A stretch of DNA of 64,000 bases from Planctomycetota bacterium (GCA_046290465.1 JBKAGP010000001.1:4416001-4480000), one strand, 5' to 3'; counted from the first letter of the stretch, positions 40,450 through 50,321 are shown. Notes: generated from the letters alone by a model not told the origin. Made by a program: numbers and translations.

Positions 40450-41487
40450 TCACGCCAACGGCGCGAACTCGACCTTGTGCGCCTCGCCGACGACCTCGCG
40501 CACGTAGCGCGGCACGCCGAAGCCGGGCAGGCGCCGGCGCAGTTCGGCGATCAGCTGCTGGCCGCGTTCGACCGGCACCTCGAAGTGCTGCGCCCCGGCG
40601 ACCGGGTCGAGCTGGTGCAGGTAGTACGGCATCGTGCGCACGTCGAGCAGGCGGCGGGACAGTTCGGCCAGCGTGTCGGCGTCGTCGTTGATGCCGTGCA
40701 GCAGCACCGTCTGGTTGAGCACCGGCACGCCGCACCGGACCAGCCGCAGCAGCGCGTCGCCGCAGCTGGCGTCGATCTCGGCCGGGTGGTTGCTGTGCAC
40801 GACCACGGTCGGTGCCAGGCGGGTCGTGCCGAGCCAGCCGAGCAAAGCGTCGTCGATGCGGTCCGGGATCACGATCGGCAGCCGGGTGTGGATGCGCAGC
40901 CGCCGAACGTGCGGGATCGTCTCGAGCTGCCCGACGAGTTCGGCGAGCCAGCGGTCGGGGCGCATCAGCGGATCGCCGCCGGACAGGATCACCTCCTCGA
41001 GGTCCTCGCTGCGACGGATCTCGTCGAGGGCGGGCTGCCACTGGGCCAGGCCGGCCGGGCTGTCCTCGTAGGGGAAGTGGCGGCGGAAGCAGTAGCGGCA
41101 GGCGATCGCGCAGACGCCGGCGACGATCAGCAGCGCGCGGCCGTGGTACTTCTGCAGCAGCCCCGGCGCCTTGACGGCCTCGCCCTCGCCGCACGGGTCG
41201 GTGACGTAGCCCGAACCCGCATCCGCCAGCTCCGATGCGATCGGCAGCACCTGCGCCAGCAGCTGGTCGTGCGGATCGCCGTGCCGCATCCGGGCGACGA
41301 ACGCCTCCGGTACGACCAACGGAAACTGCGCCGCGGCGCGCCGTGCGCCTTCGCGCAGCGAGTCGGGCAGTCCGAGTCGCTCGAGCAGCGCGTCCGGGTC
41401 GCGGATCGCGCGGCGCAGCTGGTCCCGCCAGCTGCCGCGCTCGGGGCGCGGCTCGGCGTTCGGATCGGGTCGGATTTGGCGTTCCAC
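40450..41487 (-). CDS. epmB: EF-P beta-lysylation protein EpmB (lysine 2,3-aminomutase)
   Basis: CAIACRYCFRRHFPY, ILSGGDPL, LRIHTRLP, LNQTVLL, PYYLHQLD. Confidence 0.95.
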   Translation of the reverse strand: MERQIRPDPNAEPRPERGSWRDQLRRAIRDPDALLERLGLPDSLREGARRAAAQFPLVVPEAFVARMRHGDPHDQLLAQVLPIASELADAGSGYVTDPCGEGEAVKAPGLLQKYHGRALLIVAGVCAIACRYCFRRHFPYEDSPAGLAQWQPALDEIRRSEDLEEVILSGGDPLMRPDRWLAELVGQLETIPHVRRLRIHTRLPIVIPDRIDDALLGWLGTTRLAPTVVVHSNHPAEIDASCGDALLRLVRCGVPVLNQTVLLHGINDDADTLAELSRRLLDVRTMPYYLHQLDPVAGAQHFEVPVERGQQLIAELRRRLPGFGVPRYVREVVGEAHKVEFAPLA

Positions 41488-41527
41488 TGGCGGCGGTGGG
41501 GTCGTTTCGCTAATCGTTCTTGCCGCT

Positions 41528-42100
41528 ATGGCTTCCTACGGCACGAGTGATTTCAAGAAGGGCCTGAAGGTCCAGATCGAGAACGAACCCTACCTGATGG
41601 TCGATCTCGAGTTCATGAAGCCGGGCAAGGGCCAGGCGGTCTACCGCGTGCGGCTCAAGAGCCTGACCACCGGACGCGTCGTGGACAAGAACTATCGCAG
41701 CGGCGACTCGCTCGAGGCGGCCGACGTCGAGGAGAAGACGATGCAGTTCCTCTACAAGGACGCCACCGACTTCCACTTCATGGACGGCGAGACCTTCGAG
41801 CAGTTCCAGGTCGGCGTCGACGCGGTCGGCGACGCGGCCAAGTGGCTCAAGGACGAGATGCAGTGCGACGTCGTGATGTGGAACGGCTCGCCGATCACCG
41901 TGACGCCGCCGGCGCACGTCGAGATGACCATCACCTACACCGAGCCCGGCGCCAAGGGCAACTCGACCGGCAACGTGCAGAAGCCCGCGACCATCGAGAC
42001 CGGCGCGGAGCTGATGGTGCCGATCTTCATCAACGTCGACGACGTCGTGCGCGTCGACACGCGCACCGGCGCGTACGTCGAGCGCGTCTCCAAGGGCTGA
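41528..42100 (+). CDS. efp: Elongation factor P
   Basis: FMKPGKGQA loop, KPATIETG, VDTRTG.Y.ER. Confidence 0.98.
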   Translation: MASYGTSDFKKGLKVQIENEPYLMVDLEFMKPGKGQAVYRVRLKSLTTGRVVDKNYRSGDSLEAADVEEKTMQFLYKDATDFHFMDGETFEQFQVGVDAVGDAAKWLKDEMQCDVVMWNGSPITVTPPAHVEMTITYTEPGAKGNSTGNVQKPATIETGAELMVPIFINVDDVVRVDTRTGAYVERVSKG

Positions 42101-42114
42101 GCGCGGGCCGGCCG

Positions 42115-43068
42115 TTGGCTGCCGACCCGATCGCGGTGCTGCGCGAACGCGCGGCGCTGGTCGCCCGGACGCGCGCGTTCTTCGCGGCGCGCGACGTGCT
42201 CGAGGTCGACACGCCGCTGCTCGGCGACGGCCTGGTCGTCGAGGCGCACATCGACCCGATCCCGTGCCGCGTGCGGCTCGGTGCCGAAGGCGAGGTCGCG
42301 CGTCACCTGCTGACGTCGCCCGAAGCGCCGATGAAGCGGCTGCTCGCGGCCGGCTCGGGGCCGATCTACCAGTTCGCCCACGCGTTCCGCGACGGGGAGG
42401 TCGGCCGTCGGCACGCGGTCGAGTTCACGATGCTGGAGTGGTATCGGCCGGGCTTCGACCATCGCGACCTGATGGGCGAGGTCGAGGCGCTGGTGCAGGA
42501 GCTGCTGCCGGGCGCCGGCCACGGGTCGTTCGAGCGGTGTTCGTACCGCGAGCTGTTCGTACAGAAGGTGCAGGTCGATCCGTTCGCGACGTCGCTGCCG
42601 GAGCTGCGCGCGGCCTGTGCCCGGGTCGGCGTCGACGTTCCCGACGGCTTCGACGACGGCACGCTCGACGACGCGCTCGACCTCCTGCTGGTCAGCCACG
42701 TCGAGCCGCGGCTCGGCCGTGGCCGGCCGCTGTTCGTGCACGGCTATCCGCCGTCGCAGGCGGCGCTGGCGCAGGTGCGCAGCGACGGCGACGGGCCGCC
42801 GAGCGCCGACCGCTTCGAGCTCTACGTCGACGGCGTCGAGCTCGCCAACGGTTACCACGAACTGGCCGACGCGGACGAGCAGCGGCGCCGCTTCGAGCAG
42901 GCCAACCGCGACCGCATCGCGCTGGGCCGCCCCGCCCTGCCGGTCGACGAGGATCTGTTGGCCGCGCTGGCCGCCGGCCTGCCGCCGTGCGCCGGCGTCG
43001 CGCTCGGCTTCGACCGTCTGGTCATGCTCGCGCTTGGCCGCGATCGCATCGACGACGTGCGGCCGTGA
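42115..43068 (+). CDS. epmA: EF-P lysyl ligase EpmA (GenX/PoxA)
   Basis: EVDTP, TSPE..MKRLL, FRDGE.G.RH..EFTMLEWYR, RFELY..G.ELANG, GVALGFDRL; no anticodon-binding domain. Confidence 0.95.
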   Translation: MAADPIAVLRERAALVARTRAFFAARDVLEVDTPLLGDGLVVEAHIDPIPCRVRLGAEGEVARHLLTSPEAPMKRLLAAGSGPIYQFAHAFRDGEVGRRHAVEFTMLEWYRPGFDHRDLMGEVEALVQELLPGAGHGSFERCSYRELFVQKVQVDPFATSLPELRAACARVGVDVPDGFDDGTLDDALDLLLVSHVEPRLGRGRPLFVHGYPPSQAALAQVRSDGDGPPSADRFELYVDGVELANGYHELADADEQRRRFEQANRDRIALGRPALPVDEDLLAALAAGLPPCAGVALGFDRLVMLALGRDRIDDVRP

Positions 43069-43162
43069 CCGCGCGGCGCGTGGCCTGCCGGCCCGGTTCC
43101 GCCTCGGGGTATGTGCGGGCGCGGGGGCTTGTCGTCGCGCGCGTCGGTGCGATCCTGTTCGC

Positions 43163-44776
43163 ATGAACCTCGGACGCGCGGCCGCCACGGCCGCCCTCGC
43201 CCTCGCTCCTCTCGTCGATCACGCCCGCGCCCAGGACCCCGGTCTGCGCGTGGCGCAGCCGATCGGCAACTTCGCGACGCAGCTGCTCGACTCGTCGGGG
43301 GCCGTCGTGCACCAGTGGTTCGGCGGCGGCAACCTGACCGCGCACGTCGCGCCAGACGGCACGCTGCTGCGTGGCCGCCAGGCGTCCGCGATCCCGGTGC
43401 CGGGCCAGACCGGCGGCGTGCAGCGCATCGCGTTCGACGGCACGGTGCTGTGGGACTACTCGCTCGACGGTCCGTTCCTCTACGGCCACCACGACCTCGA
43501 GCCGATGCCGAACGGCAACGTGCTGGTCATCGTCTGGGAGCGCTACACGGTCGCCGACGCGATCGCGCAGGGGCGTGACCCGGCGCTGATCAGCGGCACC
43601 GACTGGCTGCCCGACGGCCTGATCGAGCTGCAGCCGACCGGGCCGACCACGGCCGACGTCGTCTGGCAGTGGCACCTGATCGACCACGTGATCCAGGACT
43701 TCGACGCCAGCAAGCCCAACTTCGGCGTGGTCGCCGACCACCCCGAGCTGCTCGACATCAACTACCCGCAGGTCACGCTGACCGACGGCGACTGGAACCA
43801 CGCCAACGGCATCGACTACGACCCGATCCACGACCTGATCGCGATCAGCGTGCGTTCGCAGAACGAGATCTTCATCATCGACCACTCGACCACCACGGCC
43901 GAGGCGGCCGGGCACACCGGCGGCGCGCGCGGCCGCGGCGGTGACATCCTGTGGCGGTGGGGCAACCCGGCGGCCTACCGCGCCGGCACCGCCAACGACC
44001 AGCAGCTCGACGGCCAGCACGACCCGCGGTTCGTGCCGCCGGGCTACCCGGGTGCGGGCCACCTGACGCTGTTCAACAACCGGCACACGCCGACCGAATC
44101 GGCCGTCTACGAGCTGGTGCTGCCGATCGACGCAGCCGGCAACCTGTCGATCGATCCGGTCACCGGCACCTACGGGCCGGCCGCGCCGGTGTGGCAGTTC
44201 GCCGAACCGGGCTTCTTCTCCAACGTCACGTCGAGCGCCGAACGCCTGCCCAACGGCAACACGCTGATCTGCAGCGGCACGCAGAACCGCGTGTTCGAGG
44301 TGACGCCGGCCGGCCAGACCGTGATGAGTTACGTGCACCCGGCGTCCAACCTGATGTTCCAGGCCAACTACGTCGACCGCACGATGTGGACCAGCCAGGA
44401 GCAGCTGTCGATCACGGGCGACCAGGTCGACTTCGACCACCTGCTCGGCACCGCGCAGGCCAACCGCTACGCGCTGCTGCTCGGTTCGCTGTCGGGGCGC
44501 AGCCCGGGCACGCTGCTGCCGGGCGGCACGCTGCTGCCGCTCAACGCCGACTTCCTGACCGACGCGATGGTGACGCAGTGGAACACCGGCGTGTTCGTCG
44601 ACACGCTGTGCCTGCTCGACGCCAACGGCGCCGGCGCGTCGACGGTGCTGGCGCCGCCGAACGTGATCCCGCCGGCGCTGATCGGGCTGACGCTCGACTT
44701 CGCCCACGTCGTGTTCGACGGCTCGCTGCAGGTCGTGCACGCGAGCAACGCGGTGTCGGTCGAGCTGGTGCAGTAG
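43163..44776 (+). CDS. Secreted arylsulfate sulfotransferase (ASST)-like beta-propeller with extra C-terminal domain
   Basis: Signal peptide ending ARAQ; HHD, DWNHAN, ILWRWGNP, QHD, RLPNGNTLI. Confidence 0.85.
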   Translation: MNLGRAAATAALALAPLVDHARAQDPGLRVAQPIGNFATQLLDSSGAVVHQWFGGGNLTAHVAPDGTLLRGRQASAIPVPGQTGGVQRIAFDGTVLWDYSLDGPFLYGHHDLEPMPNGNVLVIVWERYTVADAIAQGRDPALISGTDWLPDGLIELQPTGPTTADVVWQWHLIDHVIQDFDASKPNFGVVADHPELLDINYPQVTLTDGDWNHANGIDYDPIHDLIAISVRSQNEIFIIDHSTTTAEAAGHTGGARGRGGDILWRWGNPAAYRAGTANDQQLDGQHDPRFVPPGYPGAGHLTLFNNRHTPTESAVYELVLPIDAAGNLSIDPVTGTYGPAAPVWQFAEPGFFSNVTSSAERLPNGNTLICSGTQNRVFEVTPAGQTVMSYVHPASNLMFQANYVDRTMWTSQEQLSITGDQVDFDHLLGTAQANRYALLLGSLSGRSPGTLLPGGTLLPLNADFLTDAMVTQWNTGVFVDTLCLLDANGAGASTVLAPPNVIPPALIGLTLDFAHVVFDGSLQVVHASNAVSVELVQ

Positions 44777-44839
44777 CGGGGCTCGAGTTCGTCAGCGCGC
44801 CGGTGCCGTTGACGATCCGCAAGTGACCGAAGCCGCGGC

Positions 44840-45718
44840 TCAGACCGAGTCAAGGCCGTCGATCCAGCACGGGCCGGCGGGCGGCATCGCCGCGCGCACC
44901 ATCGGCCCGGGCACGGCGATCTCGTCGAGCACCTGCGCCTGCAGCCGTTCGCGCAGTTCGACACGGTAGGGCGGCAGCAGCAGCGCGCATTCGATCTGGT
45001 CGGTGCAGTGCATCGCGGCCGGGATCAGTCGGGCGAGGTCCTCGTCGCTGCCGCCGAGCTCGTGCCAGTGGCCCTGCAGATCGGCGCCCTTGCCGGTGCA
45101 GGCATAGGCAACCGCTCGGCCGTCGCGTTCGAGCACGACGGTGGTCATGCCGGGCGTCGTCAGCAGCGTCGACATCGTGTGCACCGAACGTTCGATGTGG
45201 CGTGGCTTGTGGAGGTGCAGTCCGTGCAGCGCGTGGTGGTCGCGGATGTCCGCCAGGCGCACGCCGTCGAGCTCGCGCCGCGGCCGACGCGCCAGCAGCA
45301 GGCAGGCGTCGTCGCCGGTCTGCACGAAGCCGTGGCGGGCGTAGAGTTCGGGACGTTCGGCCCACAGCAGCACCTCGTCGACGGCGTCGTCGAGCGAGGC
45401 GAGCGCTGCCTGCAGCACCTCTCCGGCGAGGCCGCGGCCGCGCAGCGCCGGGTCGGTGGCGACCGAGCCGAGCAGCGCGACCTCGCGGGTGCCGTCGCGG
45501 TCCCGCAGCGTCGCGGTGCGGTAGGCGCAGTGGCTGAGCAGGCGGTCGCCGTCGGTCAGCACGAAGAACGCGCCGGCCCCGTCGTTGCGGTACAGCTGCG
45601 GCCAGGTCTGCTGCACGCCGTAGACGGCGCCGTCCAGCAGCCACTGGTCGAGCAGCGGCAGGAACTCCTGCACCTGTTCGCGGTCGAGGCGCCGCACGCT
45701 GTCGGTCAGGGCGCTCAC
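44840..45718 (-). CDS. GNAT family N-acetyltransferase
   Basis: LGSVATDPALRGRGLA acetyl-CoA motif, LYARHGF; GTGA overlap with the upstream gene. Confidence 0.85.
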   Translation of the reverse strand: MSALTDSVRRLDREQVQEFLPLLDQWLLDGAVYGVQQTWPQLYRNDGAGAFFVLTDGDRLLSHCAYRTATLRDRDGTREVALLGSVATDPALRGRGLAGEVLQAALASLDDAVDEVLLWAERPELYARHGFVQTGDDACLLLARRPRRELDGVRLADIRDHHALHGLHLHKPRHIERSVHTMSTLLTTPGMTTVVLERDGRAVAYACTGKGADLQGHWHELGGSDEDLARLIPAAMHCTDQIECALLLPPYRVELRERLQAQVLDEIAVPGPMVRAAMPPAGPCWIDGLDSV

Positions 45719-45984
45719 GACATGTGCTTGCGGAACGCTTCTTCGAGCTTCTGCCGCAAGTCCATCGCGGCGACGAAGCCGTCGTCGGCCGTGCGCAGCG
45801 CCTCCTGCAGCGTCTCGGGGGTGTCGACCTCGTCGGCCTTGGGCTGTTCGGCGGCCAGCTTCTGCAGCCGTTCGAGCAGGTCCTGGAACCGCGGCGAACC
45901 TTCCGTCGCCGATGGCGCCGCGGCGGTCGGGGCCACCGCCGCGGTCGAGCCGACCGCGGGGTCGATGCGTGGGATCTCGCTCAT
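45715..45984 (-). CDS. Small protein, divergent FliE-like
   Basis: FQDLL...A..TADDGFVAAMDLRQKLEEAFRKHM resembles the FliE C-terminal helix pattern; coupled to flgL. Confidence 0.55.
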   Translation of the reverse strand: MSEIPRIDPAVGSTAAVAPTAAAPSATEGSPRFQDLLERLQKLAAEQPKADEVDTPETLQEALRTADDGFVAAMDLRQKLEEAFRKHMS

Positions 45985-47408
45985 CGCAGGAACCCTTGCA
46001 GGCTGGTCTGCAGCACGCGGGCGCTGACCTGCAGCGCCGTCTGGTAGGACAGGTCCTGACGCTGCAGCTCGAGGATCGACTCGGCGATGTCGGTGTCCTC
46101 GACCAGCGACAGCGACTCGGCGCGCGACACGCGCAGGCCCTCGACGCGGTTCTGCAGCACGTCCATGCTCGACGAACGGAAGCCGAGCTCGCGCAGCCCG
46201 TCGAGCACCGCATCGTGCGCGCTGTCGACCTCACCGAGCAGGTCGCCGATGCGGTCGCGCACGCCGGCGTCGGAGATGTCGCCGTCGTTGACGAGGATAT
46301 CGCGCAGTTCGGCCAGCGTCGTGAACACGTCGAAGGTGCCGCCGTACTTGACGTCGACCACGCCGGTCTGCACCAGGTTGCTCGGGTCGAGGTAGAGCAT
46401 CGAGCCGTTCTCGCTGTTGCGCACCGGTGCGGGCCCGGTGCCGAACAGGTCGACCTCCCGCTGTGTCAGGCCACCGTCGGTCGACAGGTTGGCCTTCGAC
46501 GTGAACGAGCCGGTCGTCGTCGCCGGCACCCCGGTCACGGTCAGCGCGATCTCGCGACCGTCCGCGGTGCGGAACTGGCCGTCGGTCACCGGCACCGGAA
46601 GCGCCGGGCCGCCCTCGATGCTGAGGGTGTCCGGACCGGTCGTGAACACGTAGTTCAGCTGGCCGAGCGCGGTGGTGTTGCCGCTGCCCGCGGTGATCTC
46701 CGCAGGTGCGTCCGTGTGCAGCCCGGCGAACGTGATGTCGAGCTGCGCGAAGCCGATCCCGGTGTCGCCCGAACCGAACGACGCGATGCCGGTCTCGTTC
46801 TCGCCGAAGGCCGGCGAGAACGTCGTCGCGGTGCGGTCGCGCGACAGGAAGATCGAGTCGCCCGGCACGTTGAGCCCGGTCGTCACGCCGGGCGCGACGT
46901 CGACCTCGAGGCTGTCGCGGTTGCCGCTGTAGACGGCGCGCGTGCGGCCGCCGACGGTCTCGAGGCGGAACGGCTGCGAGCCGGTCTCGGTGCCGCCGAA
47001 CAGGTAGCGGTCGCCGCGTCGGCTGTTGGCGATGCCGAGCATCTGGTCGAGCAGCTGGTCGACCTCGGCCGCGACGCTCTGGCGGTCGCTGTTGCTGAGC
47101 GTGCCGTTGGCCGCCTGCGTGGCGAGCTCGCGCACGCGCTGCATGATGCTCGAGCCGTCCTCGAGCGAGGCGGTGCTGGTGTTGAGCGTCTCGCGCGCCA
47201 GCGACACGTTGTTGCTGAGCTGCTCGAGATCGCGGATGTCGCCGCGCAGCGGCAGGATCCGCAGCGCCGCCGCCGGGTCGTCCGACGGCCGGTTGACCCG
47301 GCGGCCGGTCGCGACCTCGGTCTGCAGCTGCGAATAACGGAACAGGCCGCGCTGCATGTCGAACAGCGCGCGCGAGTAGAGCGTTCCTTGTGTGATCCGG
47401 ATCGCCAT
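45981..47408 (-). CDS. flgL: Flagellar hook-associated protein 3
   Basis: MAIRIT, TGRRVNRPSDDP, ANS..GDRYLFGG, C-terminal YQTALQ...SLQGFLR. Confidence 0.93.
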   Translation of the reverse strand: MAIRITQGTLYSRALFDMQRGLFRYSQLQTEVATGRRVNRPSDDPAAALRILPLRGDIRDLEQLSNNVSLARETLNTSTASLEDGSSIMQRVRELATQAANGTLSNSDRQSVAAEVDQLLDQMLGIANSRRGDRYLFGGTETGSQPFRLETVGGRTRAVYSGNRDSLEVDVAPGVTTGLNVPGDSIFLSRDRTATTFSPAFGENETGIASFGSGDTGIGFAQLDITFAGLHTDAPAEITAGSGNTTALGQLNYVFTTGPDTLSIEGGPALPVPVTDGQFRTADGREIALTVTGVPATTTGSFTSKANLSTDGGLTQREVDLFGTGPAPVRNSENGSMLYLDPSNLVQTGVVDVKYGGTFDVFTTLAELRDILVNDGDISDAGVRDRIGDLLGEVDSAHDAVLDGLRELGFRSSSMDVLQNRVEGLRVSRAESLSLVEDTDIAESILELQRQDLSYQTALQVSARVLQTSLQGFLR

Positions 47409-47410
47409 GC

Positions 47411-49771
47411 CTACCTCCCCAGGTTGATCAGCACGTCGGTCATCTCCTGCGCGACGCTGATGAATCGCGCGGCCGCCTCGTACGACTGCTGGTACTTCAG
47501 CAGGTCGACCATCTCCTCGTCGATGTTGACGCCCGACACCGACTCGCGGTCGGCCTCGAGCTGTCCGAGCAGCTGGTTCTGGGCGTCGAGCGCGCTGCGC
47601 GCGGCCGACGTCTCGAAGCCGATGTCGCCGACCAGGTCGGCGTAGAAGTCCTCGATCGTGTTCGAGTCGAGTTGCGACAGATCGCGATCGCGCAGGCCGA
47701 TCATGCGCGACAGGTTGCCGGCGTCGCCGGTCGCCGCGCCGAGGCCGGCGGCGAGGCGGTCGGGGTTGCCGAGCAGGCTCTCGTTGACCCGGATGTCCGC
47801 GGCCGAGGAGCCGAGGAAGAACGCGTTCATGCCGGTCGCGACCAGGATGTCGCTGGTGTCGCTGTCGGCGAGCGCGTCGAGCGCGAACACCTGACCGTCG
47901 GTCGCCGAGATGTCGCCGGCGCCGAACGAGACGCGGATGCCGTTGCCGAGCGCGATCGGTTCGCCCGGTTCGTACTCACGGCCGACGTCGAGCGTCGTGA
48001 CCAGCTGGCCGTTCTCGTCGAGCACGCGGACCCGCAGGTTGGGGCTGAGGCCGATCGTGCCGTCGCCCTCCGGAACGAACGTGAACTGCTGGTTGTCGAG
48101 GCCTTCGTACGATCCCTCGATCGAGACCTCGATCGGGTTGTCACGGCCGATCGCGGTGGTCGTCGACAGCCCGAGGTCGGTCAGCACCGCGCCGGCGCCA
48201 CCGTTGGTCAGCGTCAGCTCGGACGTGTTGCCGCCCTGGTTGCTCTGGATCACCAGCCGCCCGCCGACCGACGACGCCGTCGCCGCCGTGCCGAGGTCGT
48301 TGTTGATCGCGGCGGCCAGCTCGTCGGCCGTCGCGGCCCCGGGGTTGGCGAAGTCGGTCGCGTCGAGCGTCACGGTGGTCAGCGTCGGCGACGAGGCGGT
48401 GCCGGTGGTCACGTCGAAGCTGACCGGGAACGTCTGGCCCGACAGGTCGTACGGCTCGGCCGCGGTGCTGCCGATCGTCGGGTTGATGCCGCCGAACGTG
48501 CCGCCGTCCGGGTTGGGATCGAGCTGCGGCGAGAAGTCGAAGCCGTAGCCGCTGTCCGAGCTGATGCGCAGGCGGCCGGTCGGGTCGATCGACGCCGAGA
48601 TGTGGTCGATCGCCGAGACCTCGCTGGCGAAGTCCTCGAGCGTCATCGTGTTGGGATCGATGTCGATGCGCGTGCGCTCGAGTTCGCCGGTCTGCGTGTT
48701 GGTCACCGACACGTAGAGCTCGCCCTGCTCGACCGGGAACGCGAAGCCGGCCTGCGCCAGCAGCTCGTCGCCGATCACGCCGTCGCCGTCGCCGTCGACC
48801 GCGCCGTAGGACGCGACCAGCGACTGGAACGGACCCGACGCCGGCATGCCGGTCGAGTGCAGCCGGTTCCACTCGAGGATCGTGCTGCGCGCCAGTTCGT
48901 CGAGGCGCGACGTGAAGCCCGGCAGACCACCCTGTTCCTGGCGGATCAGCGCGGCGATGCGGCCCTCGTTGACCTGCGACGGCGCGCGGTTGTCCCCGAC
49001 GTAGAGCTCGGTCGTGCCGGCGCTGTTCTTGCCGACGCGCAGCTCGGTCGCGCGGCCACCGGCGACCACCAGGTTGCCGCCGACCAGCAGGTCGACGCTG
49101 CCCGACGAACGTTCGATCGCGCGCGTGTCCAGCAGCTTGCCCAGCTCCTTGACGTGCTGGGAGCGCGTGTCGCGCAGGTCGTTGGCGTCCGAGCCGTTGG
49201 CCTCGGCCGAGATGATCTGTTCGTTGAGCCGCGCGATCGCCTGGGTGCGCTGGTTGACCTGGCGCGTCAGCCCGCGGACCTCGTCGAAGGTGCTGCCGCC
49301 GAGGTCGCCGAGCCGCTGCGAGATCAGGTTGAACTGCTGGCTCATGGTGCTGCCGGCCTGGATCAGCCCGCCGCGCAGCGCGCGGTCGGACGGATCGGTG
49401 CGCAGCTGGTCGAGCGAGCCGAACAGGTCCTTGAACGAGTTGGACAGGCCCTCGTCCGGCTCCGCGAAGATGCTCTCGATCTCGCGGTAGCGCATGTCGT
49501 CTAGCTCGGCCGCACCGACCAGTCCCAGCTGGAACTGCAGGCGTCGTTCGAGGCCCTCGTCGACCAGGCGCGAGATGCCGTTGACGTCGACGCCGCTGCC
49601 GATCTGCAGGTTGCCGCCGATGCCGTACGACAAGGCGGTGCCGAGCTCGACGCGCTGGCGCGAATAGCCGGGGGTGTTGGCGTTGGCGACGTTGTTGCCC
49701 GCCGTCTGCATTCCTAGCTGGGCGGCCTTCAGGGCAGCCAGGCCAGATCCGAATCCGAAACCGAAGCTCAT
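47411..49771 (-). CDS. flgK: Flagellar hook-associated protein 1
   Basis: GNNVANANTPGYSRQ, ANDLRDTR, SGVNIDEEMVDLLKYQQSYEAAAR. Confidence 0.95.
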   Translation of the reverse strand: MSFGFGFGSGLAALKAAQLGMQTAGNNVANANTPGYSRQRVELGTALSYGIGGNLQIGSGVDVNGISRLVDEGLERRLQFQLGLVGAAELDDMRYREIESIFAEPDEGLSNSFKDLFGSLDQLRTDPSDRALRGGLIQAGSTMSQQFNLISQRLGDLGGSTFDEVRGLTRQVNQRTQAIARLNEQIISAEANGSDANDLRDTRSQHVKELGKLLDTRAIERSSGSVDLLVGGNLVVAGGRATELRVGKNSAGTTELYVGDNRAPSQVNEGRIAALIRQEQGGLPGFTSRLDELARSTILEWNRLHSTGMPASGPFQSLVASYGAVDGDGDGVIGDELLAQAGFAFPVEQGELYVSVTNTQTGELERTRIDIDPNTMTLEDFASEVSAIDHISASIDPTGRLRISSDSGYGFDFSPQLDPNPDGGTFGGINPTIGSTAAEPYDLSGQTFPVSFDVTTGTASSPTLTTVTLDATDFANPGAATADELAAAINNDLGTAATASSVGGRLVIQSNQGGNTSELTLTNGGAGAVLTDLGLSTTTAIGRDNPIEVSIEGSYEGLDNQQFTFVPEGDGTIGLSPNLRVRVLDENGQLVTTLDVGREYEPGEPIALGNGIRVSFGAGDISATDGQVFALDALADSDTSDILVATGMNAFFLGSSAADIRVNESLLGNPDRLAAGLGAATGDAGNLSRMIGLRDRDLSQLDSNTIEDFYADLVGDIGFETSAARSALDAQNQLLGQLEADRESVSGVNIDEEMVDLLKYQQSYEAAARFISVAQEMTDVLINLGR

Positions 49772-49790
49772 GGGGGTGGCTCCTCGTGTC

Positions 49791-50321
49791 TCACATGCGG
49801 CCGTCGACCAGCTGGCCGGCGGCGTTGGGTCCATTCAGGTTGCGGGCGCGCCGGTCGTAGCCGGGCGTGCGCGCGTTCTTGGCCGCGCCGAGCACCTCGG
49901 CGCCGATGCCGGACTGCGCGTTCTCAGCGAACTTCAGCAGCCGTTGCCCGAGGGTCGTCTCGGTGCGCACGAGCTTGGCCAGGCGGGTGACCTGGTCGGA
50001 GGCATCGCGCAGCGAGCGTGCCTGCTGCGACGGCAGTGCCGCCGCGATGCGGGTCACGTTGACGTGCAGCTCCTCGGGGCGCGCGCCGGCGGGGGTCGGC
50101 AACGCCTGGCGCAGGCGCTTCAGCAGGCCGCTGCGACGGTCCTCCTCGCCGGCGAGCTGGTGTGAGAGCTGTTCGATCTGCGACGACGGCGCGAGCACGT
50201 CGGGGCGGATCGAGATCCAGGCCGCGCGGCGCGCCTGCAGCGCGTCGAGCAGCTGTTGCAGCAGCGCCCGCGTGGTGCGGAACGACTGCTCGAGCTGGGT
50301 CGCATCCTCAGAGAACGACAT
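49791..50321 (-). CDS. flgN: Flagellar export chaperone FlgN-like
   Basis: Helical protein between flgJ and flgK; C-terminal YDRRA...LVDGRM. Confidence 0.7.
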   Translation of the reverse strand: MSFSEDATQLEQSFRTTRALLQQLLDALQARRAAWISIRPDVLAPSSQIEQLSHQLAGEEDRRSGLLKRLRQALPTPAGARPEELHVNVTRIAAALPSQQARSLRDASDQVTRLAKLVRTETTLGQRLLKFAENAQSGIGAEVLGAAKNARTPGYDRRARNLNGPNAAGQLVDGRM

